Shown one piece after another: positions 54,252 through 64,000 of a DNA stretch of 64,000 bases. Position numbers and translations under genes: made by a program. The notes under the pieces were generated by a model that was given only the letters and a program-made list of their open reading frames with translations, did not search any database and was not told the DNA's origin. This DNA is from Pyrinomonadaceae bacterium. GTDB taxonomy: Bacteria; Acidobacteriota; Blastocatellia; Pyrinomonadales; Pyrinomonadaceae. The stretch spans positions 40,085 through 104,084 of the forward strand of contig DATETN010000037.1 of assembly GCA_035283645.1 (NCBI GenBank). Reading direction: 5' to 3'. Position 1 is the first letter of the stretch. Each line of letters starts with the position of its first letter.

Positions 54252-56189
54252 ATGCCCGACACTCAAGTAGCTCTGGTCAACATGCCGTTCGGCAACCTGG
54301 TGTCGCCATCAATTGGACTCGGTCTATTGAAGGCCGCTTTAACTCAAGCCGGCATCAAAGCAAGAACATTTCATTTTGAGCGCCGATTTGCAGAGTTAAT
54401 TGGCGAACAGAACTACGAACGGATCTACAGTCGAACCCACACCGAGCATCTGGCAGGAGAGTATATTTTTACTAGTTCACTCTTTGGAGTTAATTGGGAA
54501 GCCGACGTTTCACAGTACCTAAATGAGATCCTAAAGCGACCTGCCAAGGGCTGCAAAGACAAGATTGCGTATTCAGAGCCACTACTGAAGAAAATAGAAG
54601 AAATCATCATCTCGTCACGAGAGCAGGTGGAAGGATTCCTTGAGGATTGTTTAAATACGATCCTCGCAGAGCAACCTGGCGTCGTCGGCTTCACCAGTCT
54701 TTTCCACCAACATGTCGCCTCACTTTCTCTGGCCAAACGGATCAAGGAGAAGTCTCCCAGCACCTTCATAGTTTTTGGCGGTTCAAATTGCGAAGGACCA
54801 ATGGGCCTCGAGACGTTCCAGCAATTTGCATTTATCGACGCGCTGGTTTCCGGAGAAGGCGAATTTGTTTTCCCCAAAATCGTGCGGCAAGTCTTGAATT
54901 CGCAACACCTCCCAGAGCTTGATGGAGTTTACAGTCGCGGGCGGACACATTTACCAATAGCCGGGCAAAGTTTCAGAAACACCCCCATCATTGAGAATCT
55001 CGACAACTTACCCGTGCCTGATTATGACGAGTACTTTGAACAACCGCGTCACGAGTGGCCCGGAATGAGGAGACCAACCCTGCTGTTTGAAACGTCGCGC
55101 GGTTGTTGGTGGGGTGAAAAACAACATTGCACTTTCTGTGGACTCAACGGGGACAGCATGGTTTATCGAAGCAAGTCGGCGACCAGAGCATTTGAGGAGT
55201 TTATTTATCTCACGGGGAAGTATCCGGTGAGTACAGTGAGTCTCGTGGATAACATCCTGGACATGAATTACTTCAAGAGTTTCATTCCGTTACTTGCGGA
55301 ACAGAAACACGGAGTCAATCTTTTTTACGAACTTAAGGCCAACTTGAGGAAAGACCAGTTGCAGCTCTTACGTGAAGCTGGCATAGGCGAAATCCAGCCA
55401 GGCATTGAGAGCCTGAGCGACAACGTTCTACGCATCATGCGAAAGGGAGTAAGTGCGCTTCAGAACATTCAATTGCTGAAGTGGTGTAGAGAGCTTCAAT
55501 TGAAGCCTTATTACAATCTGCTCTGGGGCTTTCCCGGGGAACGCAGTGGAGATTACGCTGAGATGACCAGGCTGGTGCCTCTGATTACGCACCTGGAGCC
55601 ACCCATAGGCGAGGGGATAATCAGGATCGATCGTTTCAGTCCTAACTTTGAGCAAGGAGACTCGTTGGGTTTCAAGAATTTGTCCCCGCATCCGGCATAT
55701 AGTTTTGTCTATCCGTTCGCTCCTGAAGTTCTGTTCAACCTTGCCTATTTCTTCACTGGCGAGACTGACGACATCGACGAGGTTAGTGAATACACGAGCT
55801 CGTTAGTTGAGCAGGTAAAAACCTGGAAAGATTGTCACTCGAGTAGCGATCTGTTCTTTATTGAAAAAGACAAGTACCTGCTCATCTGGGATTTTCGACC
55901 GGTAGCCAAAGAAAGATTGACGGTGCTCAAGGGCGCCGAAAAGTTCGGTTATCTTGCATGCGATCAGATAGCAACTCCGCGGCAGGTGGCTGAATCGTGG
56001 AAAAAACAGTCGGGTGAGGCAATTACAGAAGGGGACGCCGGCTCAATGCTCGACTCCTTAACAGAGCGCGGGCTGATGGTCAGGCAAAAGAGTTCTTACC
56101 TGGCCTTAGCTTATTCACGGACTGCGGAGTCGAACGGCGGCAAGGTGGACCAACTGAGGAGGCCAAACGGTCAGCATCACTCCAATTGA
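54252..56189 (+). CDS. B12-binding-domain radical SAM protein of the RiPP-maturase type (TIGR03975-like)
   Basis: VALVNMPFGNLVSPSIGLGLLKAAL..GI N-terminus; SRGCWWGEKQHCTFCGLNG (CX7CX2C); GGAGGAG RBS; ATG 3 nt after the kinase stop. Confidence 0.9.
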   Translation: MPDTQVALVNMPFGNLVSPSIGLGLLKAALTQAGIKARTFHFERRFAELIGEQNYERIYSRTHTEHLAGEYIFTSSLFGVNWEADVSQYLNEILKRPAKGCKDKIAYSEPLLKKIEEIIISSREQVEGFLEDCLNTILAEQPGVVGFTSLFHQHVASLSLAKRIKEKSPSTFIVFGGSNCEGPMGLETFQQFAFIDALVSGEGEFVFPKIVRQVLNSQHLPELDGVYSRGRTHLPIAGQSFRNTPIIENLDNLPVPDYDEYFEQPRHEWPGMRRPTLLFETSRGCWWGEKQHCTFCGLNGDSMVYRSKSATRAFEEFIYLTGKYPVSTVSLVDNILDMNYFKSFIPLLAEQKHGVNLFYELKANLRKDQLQLLREAGIGEIQPGIESLSDNVLRIMRKGVSALQNIQLLKWCRELQLKPYYNLLWGFPGERSGDYAEMTRLVPLITHLEPPIGEGIIRIDRFSPNFEQGDSLGFKNLSPHPAYSFVYPFAPEVLFNLAYFFTGETDDIDEVSEYTSSLVEQVKTWKDCHSSSDLFFIEKDKYLLIWDFRPVAKERLTVLKGAEKFGYLACDQIATPRQVAESWKKQSGEAITEGDAGSMLDSLTERGLMVRQKSSYLALAYSRTAESNGGKVDQLRRPNGQHHSN

Positions 56190-56395
56190 TCGGTCCGATT
56201 TATCCCTGGTAGAACAAGCATCGGGTCTGTTTCGGCAGTGTGGCCAGCGAGCTTCTCATTGATAGCAATAAGCTGCTCTACCTCTCCTTCAGAAAGGCTC
56301 TCAATCGCCTCACTCTGGTCCTCAGTTAGGTCCTTGCTTCTGTCCAGTATTCCGGCCTGTTCCAGCCGCTCACGATTTGATTCTGGGTCTATCAT
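56177..56395 (-). CDS. small acidic helical protein (72 aa), convergent with and overlapping the radical SAM gene by 13 nt
   Basis: MIDPESNRERLEQAGILDRSKDLTEDQSEAIESLSEGEVEQLIAINEKLAGHTAETDPMLVLPGINRTDQLE; non-repeat sequence; upstream part of the track ORF is discarded. Confidence 0.5.
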   Translation of the reverse strand: MIDPESNRERLEQAGILDRSKDLTEDQSEAIESLSEGEVEQLIAINEKLAGHTAETDPMLVLPGINRTDQLE

Positions 56396-56476
56396 CTCTG
56401 CGGCCTCAACGAAAGCTAACCTGTTAGGGTGGGATGGCGTGTGGAATATATTGATTGGCGCGTCATCCGTCAAGCC

Positions 56477-57039
56477 CGATCCACGAAACAACACGAAAAA
56501 GAAGGACACGAAAACGGCCCAGCCTGATCTGGTGAGGCTTTTTATTTAGTGCGGTTTCGTGTGATTTCGTGGATCGCCCTTTCACTGGGGACGAAAAGGG
56601 CCGCGGATTTACGCGGATGAAAAGGATCTGAAAATTTTCCATTTGCATTTAGTGTTTCGTAGGGCTTGTGCAGATTTCTTCTTCCTGTATCAATACACAT
56701 GACTAGAAAACGACGAAATGACAAATGGAAAATGAGAAATGGAGAATCTTCAGATCCTTCGTAAATCCGCGGCCCTTTTCGTTCTGAGTGAAGGGCGATC
56801 CACGAAATCACACTAAACAACACTAATGAATGGACCTTCTAACGCGACAACACGTACAAGAAAGAACGCAAGACTTCAAAAAACGAAACAAATGACAAAT
56901 GGAAAATGTTCGGATCCTTTTCATCCGCGTAAATCCGCGGCCATTTCCGCCCGATCTGGTGAGGCTTTTATTTAGTGCGATTTCGTGTGATTTCGTGGAT
57001 CGCCCTTCCGCCTGCCTTCCCGCGTTAATCTGTGGCCCC
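56477..57039. repeat. mosaic repeat cluster with a ~55-bp direct repeat pair
   Basis: C.GATCTGGTGAGGCTTTT.ATTTAGTGCG.TTTCGTGTGATTTCGTGGATCGCCC at ~56524 and ~56950, plus heptamer and CCGCGG modules in both orientations. Confidence 0.85.
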
Positions 57040-57122
57040 TCCGGCGCTTCCAAAAAACGACCTGAGCATATAGTGTATCTGCGACCCAGAAGAGCAGTAC
57101 GTCCTTTACTCACGTTCCTCAG

Positions 57123-60100
57123 ATGAAGAATTCCAGCAATACGAGAATTGTAATTGGAGCTGATGCATCAAAGCGTCTCCAAATCGCTCGAAAGTGGATA
57201 GAAGCCCATGCACGTGACGCTGAGATCCTGCTCATCGCTCATTCGGCGGAAGCTGCCACTGATCTTCAGCTCGCAGTAGTCAGTGCGACGGGAGCGAGGT
57301 TTGGAGTCAGGCGTTTCACACTCAATATTCTTGCCGCTCGCCTCGCACAACATGCGCTTGCACGCGCCGGAACTACCCCGGCCAGCAATCTCTCGTTCAA
57401 TGCCGTTGTTGCACGCGCAATTCACTCGCTTCAATCCGAAAAGGGACAGCTCGGTTATTTTGCGCCTGTAGCAACGCAGCCGGGCTTTCCGGTTGCGATG
57501 GCGAAGACTCTGGAAGAACTGCGGATGAACGAAGTTCCCCCAGAATCGCTGCTCCAACTCGCGCGCGGTGGCAAAGATGTTGGTGCCATAGCCGCACTCG
57601 TAGATCAGGAACTCAAACAGTCGAAACTTAATGATCGAGCACTCCTTTATCGCACGGCGATTGACTCGATCTCGGCGCCGGAAAACGAAGTGTACATAGG
57701 GCGACCGCTATTGCTGTTGGACGTGGCAGTGCAAAGCAGGTTGGAAAGCAAGTTGATTGCAAAGCTTGCTGCGAACTCGCCGGATGTGTTCTCGACAGTG
57801 CCGGAAGGGGACGAACGGACGATCATAGTTCTGGAGCAGGCGCTCGGGATGGTGAAGGAAATCCAAAGCGGGGGCATTGATCGGGAAACGGTCGAGATAA
57901 CGAAGGAAAACGAAAGCGGCGGCATCGATGGGCAACCACCCGCGATAATGAACGGCCGCCGCACTCCAAGGTCGTTGTCTTTTGCCAAGCAACATCTCTT
58001 CCAGAGTACCGCGCCATCAAGAACTCCGCTCGATGAAAGCTTGAGTCTTCAAAGCTGGCCAGGCGAGCCGCGAGAGTGCATCGAAATCGTCAGAAGCATT
58101 CAAGAAGAAGCCGCGCGAGGCGTCCCTTTCGATCAGATGGCCGTCTTGCTCAACTGCCCGAGGGAGTATCGAGCCCACCTAGAGGAAGCATTTAGTCGCG
58201 CCGACATTCCCGCCTACTTCGTCAAAGGGACGACCGCGCCGGACCCAGCAGGTCGCGCCATGCTTGCGCTGTTGTCGTGCGCTGCCGACGGGCTCTCCGC
58301 TAGAGGCTTCGCAGAGTATCTCTCTTTAGGGCAGGTGCCTCAGCCGGACACTATCAGCGATTCAGAGTCTCAATGGGTGGGGCCGGGTGATGAGTTGGTC
58401 ACCAGTCAACTCCTTGGTGAGTCAGTTGAACCCGAAGCACCGGCGCCAGACGAAGTTTATGCCGATCCCAACGCAGTAATCGTCATCGAAGGAGCACTAA
58501 GAGCGCCTGCAAGATGGGAACGCCTCCTCGTCGACTCAGCTGTCATCGGAGGCAAAGACCGTTGGGTGCGGCGGCTCGAAGGTCTTGCGCAGGAGTTGAA
58601 GTTGCGCATCGCAGAGACCGCACCCGAAGAGGAAGCCAAGCTTGAATCAATAAAAACCCAGCTTCGAGATCTCGAGGCGCTGCGTGCCTACGCACTTCCC
58701 TTGATAGGAAGACTAGCCGCTCTTCCCACCAGCGCGATCTGGGGTGAATGGCTGGCGCATCTGCGAGCACTGGCCGTCAACGCCCTTCGTTATCCGGAAG
58801 GTGTCCTCTCAACGCTGGCAGACCTGGAACAGATGGCGAGAGTTGGTCCAGTAGATCTTTATGAGATCCAACTCGTCCTTGGTCCACGTTTGCACGACCT
58901 TGCCATCAAGCCGGCTAAGCATCGCTATGCCGCCGTCTTCGTAGGGCCAATCGACTCCGCCCGCGGTCTCTCTTTTAAGGTGGTCTTTGTTCCTGGATTG
59001 GCTGAGAAGATGTTCCCGAGGAAAATTGTCGAAGATGCGATCCTGCCTGATGCACAGCGCGAACAGGTTGCTCGCGGAGTTCTCACCAACCGACGGCATC
59101 AACTGGAGCTAGAGCGTCTCGCTCTGCGAATAGCGATCGGTTCTGCACGAGAGCGTGCGTATCTTTCGTATCCACGTGTTGATGTGCAGCAATCGCGCCC
59201 TCGCGTTCCTTCTTTCTATGCACTGGAAGCGCTCCGAGCTGCGGAAGGTGCTTTGCCCGGGTTCGAAGAGATTGCTTCGCGGGCGGAGTCGAAGACGCGA
59301 GCGCGTTTAGGTTGGCCAGCCCCCGAGCGACCGCAAGCAGCCATTGATGAAGCCGAGTATGACCTTGCGCTGCTGGCGGGTTTGATGGAAGCCGAAACCA
59401 GTGAGGCAACCGGCCGCGCGCATTATCTGTTAGCAGCCAATCAACATCTTGCCAGAGCGTTGCGGGGACGCAGTCGGCGATGGTTACGTCGCTGGACACC
59501 AAACGATGGGCTGGTGGATCCGGATGAGCTTGGGCGTGAAAGCATTGCCAGTCATCAGTTCTCGAAACGATCGTTTTCGGCCACCGCAATGCAGCACTTT
59601 GCAAGTTGTCCTTACAGATTTTTCCTCAGTGCCATATTGCGGCTGCAGTTGCGACAGGAGCCGGCAGCGCTGGAGTCGATTGACCCCTTAACGCGCGGGT
59701 CGTTGTTTCACGAGACCCAGTTTGTGGTGTTGACGGAGATGAAGGCGTCCGGACTGTTGCCTCTGGATCCGGCCTCCTTACGAACGGCCTTTCAAATGGT
59801 GGACGAAGCTTTGGATCGCCTGGCCGGGGAATACGAAGACAGACTTGCACCCGCGATCCCGAGAGTGTGGCTGGATGGGATCAACTCAATCAGGGCCGAT
59901 CTCCGCGAATGGTTGCGTCGCATGGCCGATACCGAGGATGGCTGGCTTCCAGACAAGTTTGAGCTGTCGTTTGGACTCACTGAGGACCGTGGTCCCAGAG
60001 ATTCAGACCCTGACAGTGTCAGCGAGCCGGTTGAAGTAATCGGCGATCTGAAGTTACGTGGATCGATCGATCTCATCGAGCGTCACGCAAGCGGCAAGTA

Positions 60101-60494
60101 TCGGGTGACGGATCATAAAACCGGGAAGGCTCGTGCCGAACGAAACACCGTTGTCGGTGGTGGCAAGTATCTGCAACCACTCCTATACGCCCTTGCCGCA
60201 AAGAAACTACTTACGCGAGACGTTGAGTCCGGCCGGCTCTACTACTGCACTGCCGATGGAGGATACGAAGATCGAGTGGTTCCTCTCAATCAATTTAACC
60301 TGGAAACACTGAACGCGGTGTTGATGACGATCCGGCAGGGACTTGCTGATGCTTTTCTACCGGCGGCGCCCGATGAAAGGGCGTGTGACTGGTGTGATTA
60401 CCTTGCTGTGTGTGGGGCTTTCGAGGAGATGCGAACGCGGAAAAAACCTCCCGATCGATTGGTCCAGTTGCGTGGGATAAGGAAGCTGCCATGA
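57123..60494 (+). CDS. AddB-like helicase-nuclease subunit (PD-(D/E)XK nuclease with Fe-S cluster cysteines)
   Basis: C-terminal GSIDLIE...RVTDHKTGK nuclease motif; Cys ligands FASCPYRF and CDWCDYLAVC; N-terminal Walker A is degenerate (GADASKR). Confidence 0.85.
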   Translation: MKNSSNTRIVIGADASKRLQIARKWIEAHARDAEILLIAHSAEAATDLQLAVVSATGARFGVRRFTLNILAARLAQHALARAGTTPASNLSFNAVVARAIHSLQSEKGQLGYFAPVATQPGFPVAMAKTLEELRMNEVPPESLLQLARGGKDVGAIAALVDQELKQSKLNDRALLYRTAIDSISAPENEVYIGRPLLLLDVAVQSRLESKLIAKLAANSPDVFSTVPEGDERTIIVLEQALGMVKEIQSGGIDRETVEITKENESGGIDGQPPAIMNGRRTPRSLSFAKQHLFQSTAPSRTPLDESLSLQSWPGEPRECIEIVRSIQEEAARGVPFDQMAVLLNCPREYRAHLEEAFSRADIPAYFVKGTTAPDPAGRAMLALLSCAADGLSARGFAEYLSLGQVPQPDTISDSESQWVGPGDELVTSQLLGESVEPEAPAPDEVYADPNAVIVIEGALRAPARWERLLVDSAVIGGKDRWVRRLEGLAQELKLRIAETAPEEEAKLESIKTQLRDLEALRAYALPLIGRLAALPTSAIWGEWLAHLRALAVNALRYPEGVLSTLADLEQMARVGPVDLYEIQLVLGPRLHDLAIKPAKHRYAAVFVGPIDSARGLSFKVVFVPGLAEKMFPRKIVEDAILPDAQREQVARGVLTNRRHQLELERLALRIAIGSARERAYLSYPRVDVQQSRPRVPSFYALEALRAAEGALPGFEEIASRAESKTRARLGWPAPERPQAAIDEAEYDLALLAGLMEAETSEATGRAHYLLAANQHLARALRGRSRRWLRRWTPNDGLVDPDELGRESIASHQFSKRSFSATAMQHFASCPYRFFLSAILRLQLRQEPAALESIDPLTRGSLFHETQFVVLTEMKASGLLPLDPASLRTAFQMVDEALDRLAGEYEDRLAPAIPRVWLDGINSIRADLREWLRRMADTEDGWLPDKFELSFGLTEDRGPRDSDPDSVSEPVEVIGDLKLRGSIDLIERHASGKYRVTDHKTGKARAERNTVVGGGKYLQPLLYALAAKKLLTRDVESGRLYYCTADGGYEDRVVPLNQFNLETLNAVLMTIRQGLADAFLPAAPDERACDWCDYLAVCGAFEEMRTRKKPPDRLVQLRGIRKLP

Positions 60495-63400
60495 AAGCGC
60501 GTTCAACCGTACTGGCAGATCAATCGGCGCGTGACCGAATCTGCAATGACCTCGAGACCACGCTTGTGGTTGAGGCAGCGGCAGGTACGGGGAAGACCAC
60601 GGCGCTAATCCGCCGCATACTGTCGGGGATCCTGTCCGGTCGCGTAAGGTTGTTCCAGACGGTTGCTGTTACTTTTACTGAGTTCGCTGCAGGTGAGCTT
60701 AAGTTGCGGCTGCGATCCGCAATCGAGCAGGCGCGGCAAGAATTCAATAACTCGCCTGAAGCCATCCAGCTTCTTGAGCAGGCCGTAGAGGAACTGGAAG
60801 AAGCTCGCATCGGCACCATTCACTCCTTCTGTGCTGACCTTCTGAGAGAACACCCGGTCGAGGCCGCAATCGATCCGCTGTTTGAGGTTGCGCCTGATGA
60901 CATGACCTACCCGCTGTTCCTGGTTGCATTTGATCGTTGGTTTGAGAGGGTGTTAAGCGAGCCCGGTGAGGCAGTAAGGCGCATTTTGAGACGCCCGCCA
61001 CGGAGGGAGTATGGAGGTGGTCGTAGCGCGACCCTGGCGCAACGGTCGCGAGACAATGGCCCAAAACGCGCTCTGCGACAAGCTGCATGGGAATTGGTAA
61101 AGCAGCGCGACTTCACTACACACTGGCGACCTTCCGAGGGTTTCGCGCGTGAGGCAGAGATTGACGATCTGTTGTTGGAAATGACTGACCTGGGCGACTG
61201 GTCAGAGGTTGGTCATCCTGAGCAATACTTCACCAAGTCGCTTCGGTTCTTGAAGCAGTTCGTTGCCGACGTGACACGTGTTGAAACTCTTGGCGACACA
61301 AGAGATTACGATGGTATTGAAGCCCGACTGTTCGGGTTTCTACCTGCGTGGAAGACCAAAAACTACAAGGCGTACTACGCGCGAGACAACTTTCCCAAAG
61401 ACGAGATGTTGCGGAGGCGCGACGAACTGAAGCTTCGCGTGGAGGAGTTTGTCAAAAAGGCCGGTGCAGATCTCGCGCCGCGCTTACGTGAAGAGTTGTG
61501 GCCCGTGGTTGAAGATTTCGAAGGGTTGAAAGAGCGCGCCGGATATGTCGACTTTCTTGACCTGTTAGTCCGAGCGCGCAACCTGATTCGCGAGAATCGA
61601 GACATCCGGGCAGAGTTGCAGCAGCGCTTCACTCATATCTTCGTCGACGAGTTCCAGGATACCGATCCTCTCCAGGCTGAGATCCTGGTGTTGCTGGCTT
61701 CCGACGATCCTGATCAAGAGGATTGGCGGCAGGTCAGACCGGTGGCTGGGAAATTATTTATCGTTGGCGATCCGAAACAGTCGATCTACCGCTTCCGCCG
61801 CGCGGATGTTGCACTGTATCAGGAAGTGAAGCGGCAGGTAATTCGGAACGGCGGCGCGTTGGTCGAGCTGAACGTGAGCTTTCGCTCGGTTCCGGAGCTT
61901 CAGGAAGCAGTCAACTCGGCTTTTGCCCCAATCATGTCCGAGGAGTCATCGACACAGGCGCACTATGTTCCCCTCGCCCCGAGCAGAAGTGGAATTGAGA
62001 CGCAACCAGCAATTGTCGCCTTACCAGTGTCGCAACCCTATGGCGATTATGGCAAACCGGTTGTTTGGAAGATCGACGAGTCGCTCCCCAAAGACGTGGC
62101 GGGGTTTGTAGACTGGCTGGTGAACGAGAGTGGTTGGACCGTCACCGAACGAGAGCGTCCCAACGAGTCAGTGCCGATCGCGCCTCGTCACATCTGTCTC
62201 TTGTTCCGTCGTCAGCGTCATTTCTCGACTGATGTGACGCGGCCGTACGTCGAAGCACTTGAAGCACATCGGATACCTCATTTGCTGGTGGGAGGCAGTT
62301 CTTTCCATTCCCGCGAGGAAGTAGAAGCGATACGCAACGCGCTGACGGCGATTGAGTGGCCCAACGATGAACTGGCTGTTTTCGCGACATTGCGAGGCCC
62401 GTTGTTCGCCTTCACCGATTCGCAGTTGCTTGCCTATCGCACTCGATACTCAACTCTGCATCCATTCAAACAGCCGCCAGAGGATCTGCCTGAATCGCTG
62501 GTTGAAGTTGTGCAAGCGCTTGGCATTCTGAGAGAGCTACATCGAAAGCGAAATCGGCGGCCCGTGGCGGAGACGATTTCAACGCTTCTTGCTCAGACGA
62601 GGGCGCACGCTGGATTCGCCAACTGGTCAACTGGTGAGCAGGCTCTGGCCAACATCATGCGACTGACCGATATGGCTCGGAAGGCTGAACGCAATGGCTT
62701 GATATCCTTCCGGGCGTTTGTTAATTGGCTGGATGAACAGGCAGAGTCCGGAGACGTCAGCGATGCTCCGATCATGGAAGAGGGTGTGGATGGCGTGCGC
62801 ATCATGACTGTGCATAAAGCAAAAGGCCTTGAATTTCCGGTTGTGTTGCTGGCGGACCTGACGACTAAAGACACGCGTGAGCCTTCAAAATGGGTGGACC
62901 AGGCCGCTGGGTTGCACGCGATGAACCTCGCCGGTTGCACGCCAATTGAAGTTCAGGAGCACGCAGAGGAGGAGTTGCGAAACGAGAAGGAAGAGGCAGC
63001 CAGAGTACTTTATGTGGCTGCGACGCGTGCGCGCGACCTGCTTGTTGTATGCGCGGTCGGTGATCAACCGCACGATGGCTGGCTGGCAAGCTTTAACCCG
63101 GCTCTTTACCCCGCAAAGCTAAATAGTTTCAATCCAAAAACCAGGCACCCTCCCGCTTGTCCTCCGTTTGGAGATGACAATGTAGGTAATCGTCCGCCGA
63201 AGGCCACGCGCTCTTCTGGATCGGTCAGTCCCGGCTTGCACCAGCCGCAGGTCGGTAATCACGTGGTCGTGTGGTGGGATCCGAACGTGCTTCCACCAAG
63301 TACCGACGTGCGCACCACCTCAAGTTTGACGCCGTTCCTCACGCAGGATGAGGGTAAGGTCCGATCGGAGGAGGGAATTCGTGCACACGGCGAATGGCAA

Positions 63401-63976
63401 AAGCAGCGAACCAGTGTACGGCTCTCGGCGGGCAAACCTGAGTGGCGGATAGTAACTGCTACAACGCACGCCATCGAGGTCTCAGGTTCGGTTGATAACG
63501 TCTCCGTTGAGACAATTGAGATTGATTTTACCCGACCACATGGCAAGCGCTTTGGAACGTTGGTGCACGCCGTCCTATCGACTGTTGCGCTCGACTCGGA
63601 TACTGATGCTGTTCGCGAGGTGGCGATGCTACAGGGGCGAATTGTGGGCGCCAGGAACGAGGAGGTTGTGGCTGCGGAAGAGTTAGTTACGCGAGCGCTG
63701 GGGCATCCCGTGATTCAGAGAGCTGCTGTGGGGATGGCTTCCGGCCTTTGTCGCAGGGAGGTCCCAGTGGCGATTCAATTGGAAGATGGAATTATGGTTG
63801 AAGGCGTAGTTGACCTTGCATATCGGGACGAGGATTCGTGGACGATAGTGGATTACAAAACTGACTTTGAACTGAAGGGCAGGATTGAGGAATATCAGAA
63901 GCAGGTGTCTTTGTATGCTTTGGCGATTGCAGGCGCTACAGGGTTGCCCACTCGGGCGGTGTTGTTAAGACTGTGA
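60491..63976 (+). CDS. AddA-like UvrD/Rep-family helicase with C-terminal PD-(D/E)XK nuclease
   Basis: Walker A AAAGTGKTT, FVDEFQDTD, VGDPKQSIYRFR, MTVHKAKGLEF, C-terminal VDLAY...IVDYKTD; ATGA overlap with the upstream gene. Confidence 0.9.
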   Translation: MKARSTVLADQSARDRICNDLETTLVVEAAAGTGKTTALIRRILSGILSGRVRLFQTVAVTFTEFAAGELKLRLRSAIEQARQEFNNSPEAIQLLEQAVEELEEARIGTIHSFCADLLREHPVEAAIDPLFEVAPDDMTYPLFLVAFDRWFERVLSEPGEAVRRILRRPPRREYGGGRSATLAQRSRDNGPKRALRQAAWELVKQRDFTTHWRPSEGFAREAEIDDLLLEMTDLGDWSEVGHPEQYFTKSLRFLKQFVADVTRVETLGDTRDYDGIEARLFGFLPAWKTKNYKAYYARDNFPKDEMLRRRDELKLRVEEFVKKAGADLAPRLREELWPVVEDFEGLKERAGYVDFLDLLVRARNLIRENRDIRAELQQRFTHIFVDEFQDTDPLQAEILVLLASDDPDQEDWRQVRPVAGKLFIVGDPKQSIYRFRRADVALYQEVKRQVIRNGGALVELNVSFRSVPELQEAVNSAFAPIMSEESSTQAHYVPLAPSRSGIETQPAIVALPVSQPYGDYGKPVVWKIDESLPKDVAGFVDWLVNESGWTVTERERPNESVPIAPRHICLLFRRQRHFSTDVTRPYVEALEAHRIPHLLVGGSSFHSREEVEAIRNALTAIEWPNDELAVFATLRGPLFAFTDSQLLAYRTRYSTLHPFKQPPEDLPESLVEVVQALGILRELHRKRNRRPVAETISTLLAQTRAHAGFANWSTGEQALANIMRLTDMARKAERNGLISFRAFVNWLDEQAESGDVSDAPIMEEGVDGVRIMTVHKAKGLEFPVVLLADLTTKDTREPSKWVDQAAGLHAMNLAGCTPIEVQEHAEEELRNEKEEAARVLYVAATRARDLLVVCAVGDQPHDGWLASFNPALYPAKLNSFNPKTRHPPACPPFGDDNVGNRPPKATRSSGSVSPGLHQPQVGNHVVVWWDPNVLPPSTDVRTTSSLTPFLTQDEGKVRSEEGIRAHGEWQKQRTSVRLSAGKPEWRIVTATTHAIEVSGSVDNVSVETIEIDFTRPHGKRFGTLVHAVLSTVALDSDTDAVREVAMLQGRIVGARNEEVVAAEELVTRALGHPVIQRAAVGMASGLCRREVPVAIQLEDGIMVEGVVDLAYRDEDSWTIVDYKTDFELKGRIEEYQKQVSLYALAIAGATGLPTRAVLLRL

Positions 63977-64000
63977 AGTGGGCTGCTGGGGTTGATGAAT

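Noticed and set aside
60410-60490. Upstream extension of the AddA-like ORF (MWGFRGDANAEK...)
   Set aside because: It lies entirely within the 3' end of the AddB-like CDS. The ATG at 60491 gives the classic ATGA overlap and places the Walker A at the expected distance from the N-terminus.

Overview
The window looks like a chromosomal segment of an Acidobacteriota-type genome. This is inferred from two TIGR03436-like VWA proteins, a Ser/Thr kinase-TPR protein, an HTTM protein and a very repeat-rich intergenic landscape. No database search was possible. The first 17 kb is a complete Tad/Flp type IVb pilus locus. It starts with a sigma-54 activator, followed by two tandem flp pilin genes (one is too short for the ORF track), cpaA-F, tadB/C and a TPR protein. 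An AAA+ ATPase and a lytic transglycosylase are appended. Housekeeping genes follow (rpsU, surE-pcm, tRNA-Pro), along with a large MJ0619/Tes-like radical SAM gene. Downstream of tRNA-Pro lies a decayed island: integrase and DUF4338 fragments, a frameshifted and truncated ABC exporter fused head-on to a PqqD fragment. Further along are a three-gene secreted peptidase operon (S8 + M14 + unknown), an ORF6N gene, a two-gene small-ORF cassette, a kinase / B12-radical-SAM / small acidic protein cluster, and an AddAB-type helicase-nuclease pair. Nearly every intergenic region after 31 kb is filled with several families of short modular repeats. Some of these lie inside or at the ends of CDSs, and they generate many spurious ORFs in the track. 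The most notable items are a structured GC-hairpin repeat family at 38-46 kb that brackets genes, the orphan RiPP-like radical SAM cluster, and the Tes-like gene.
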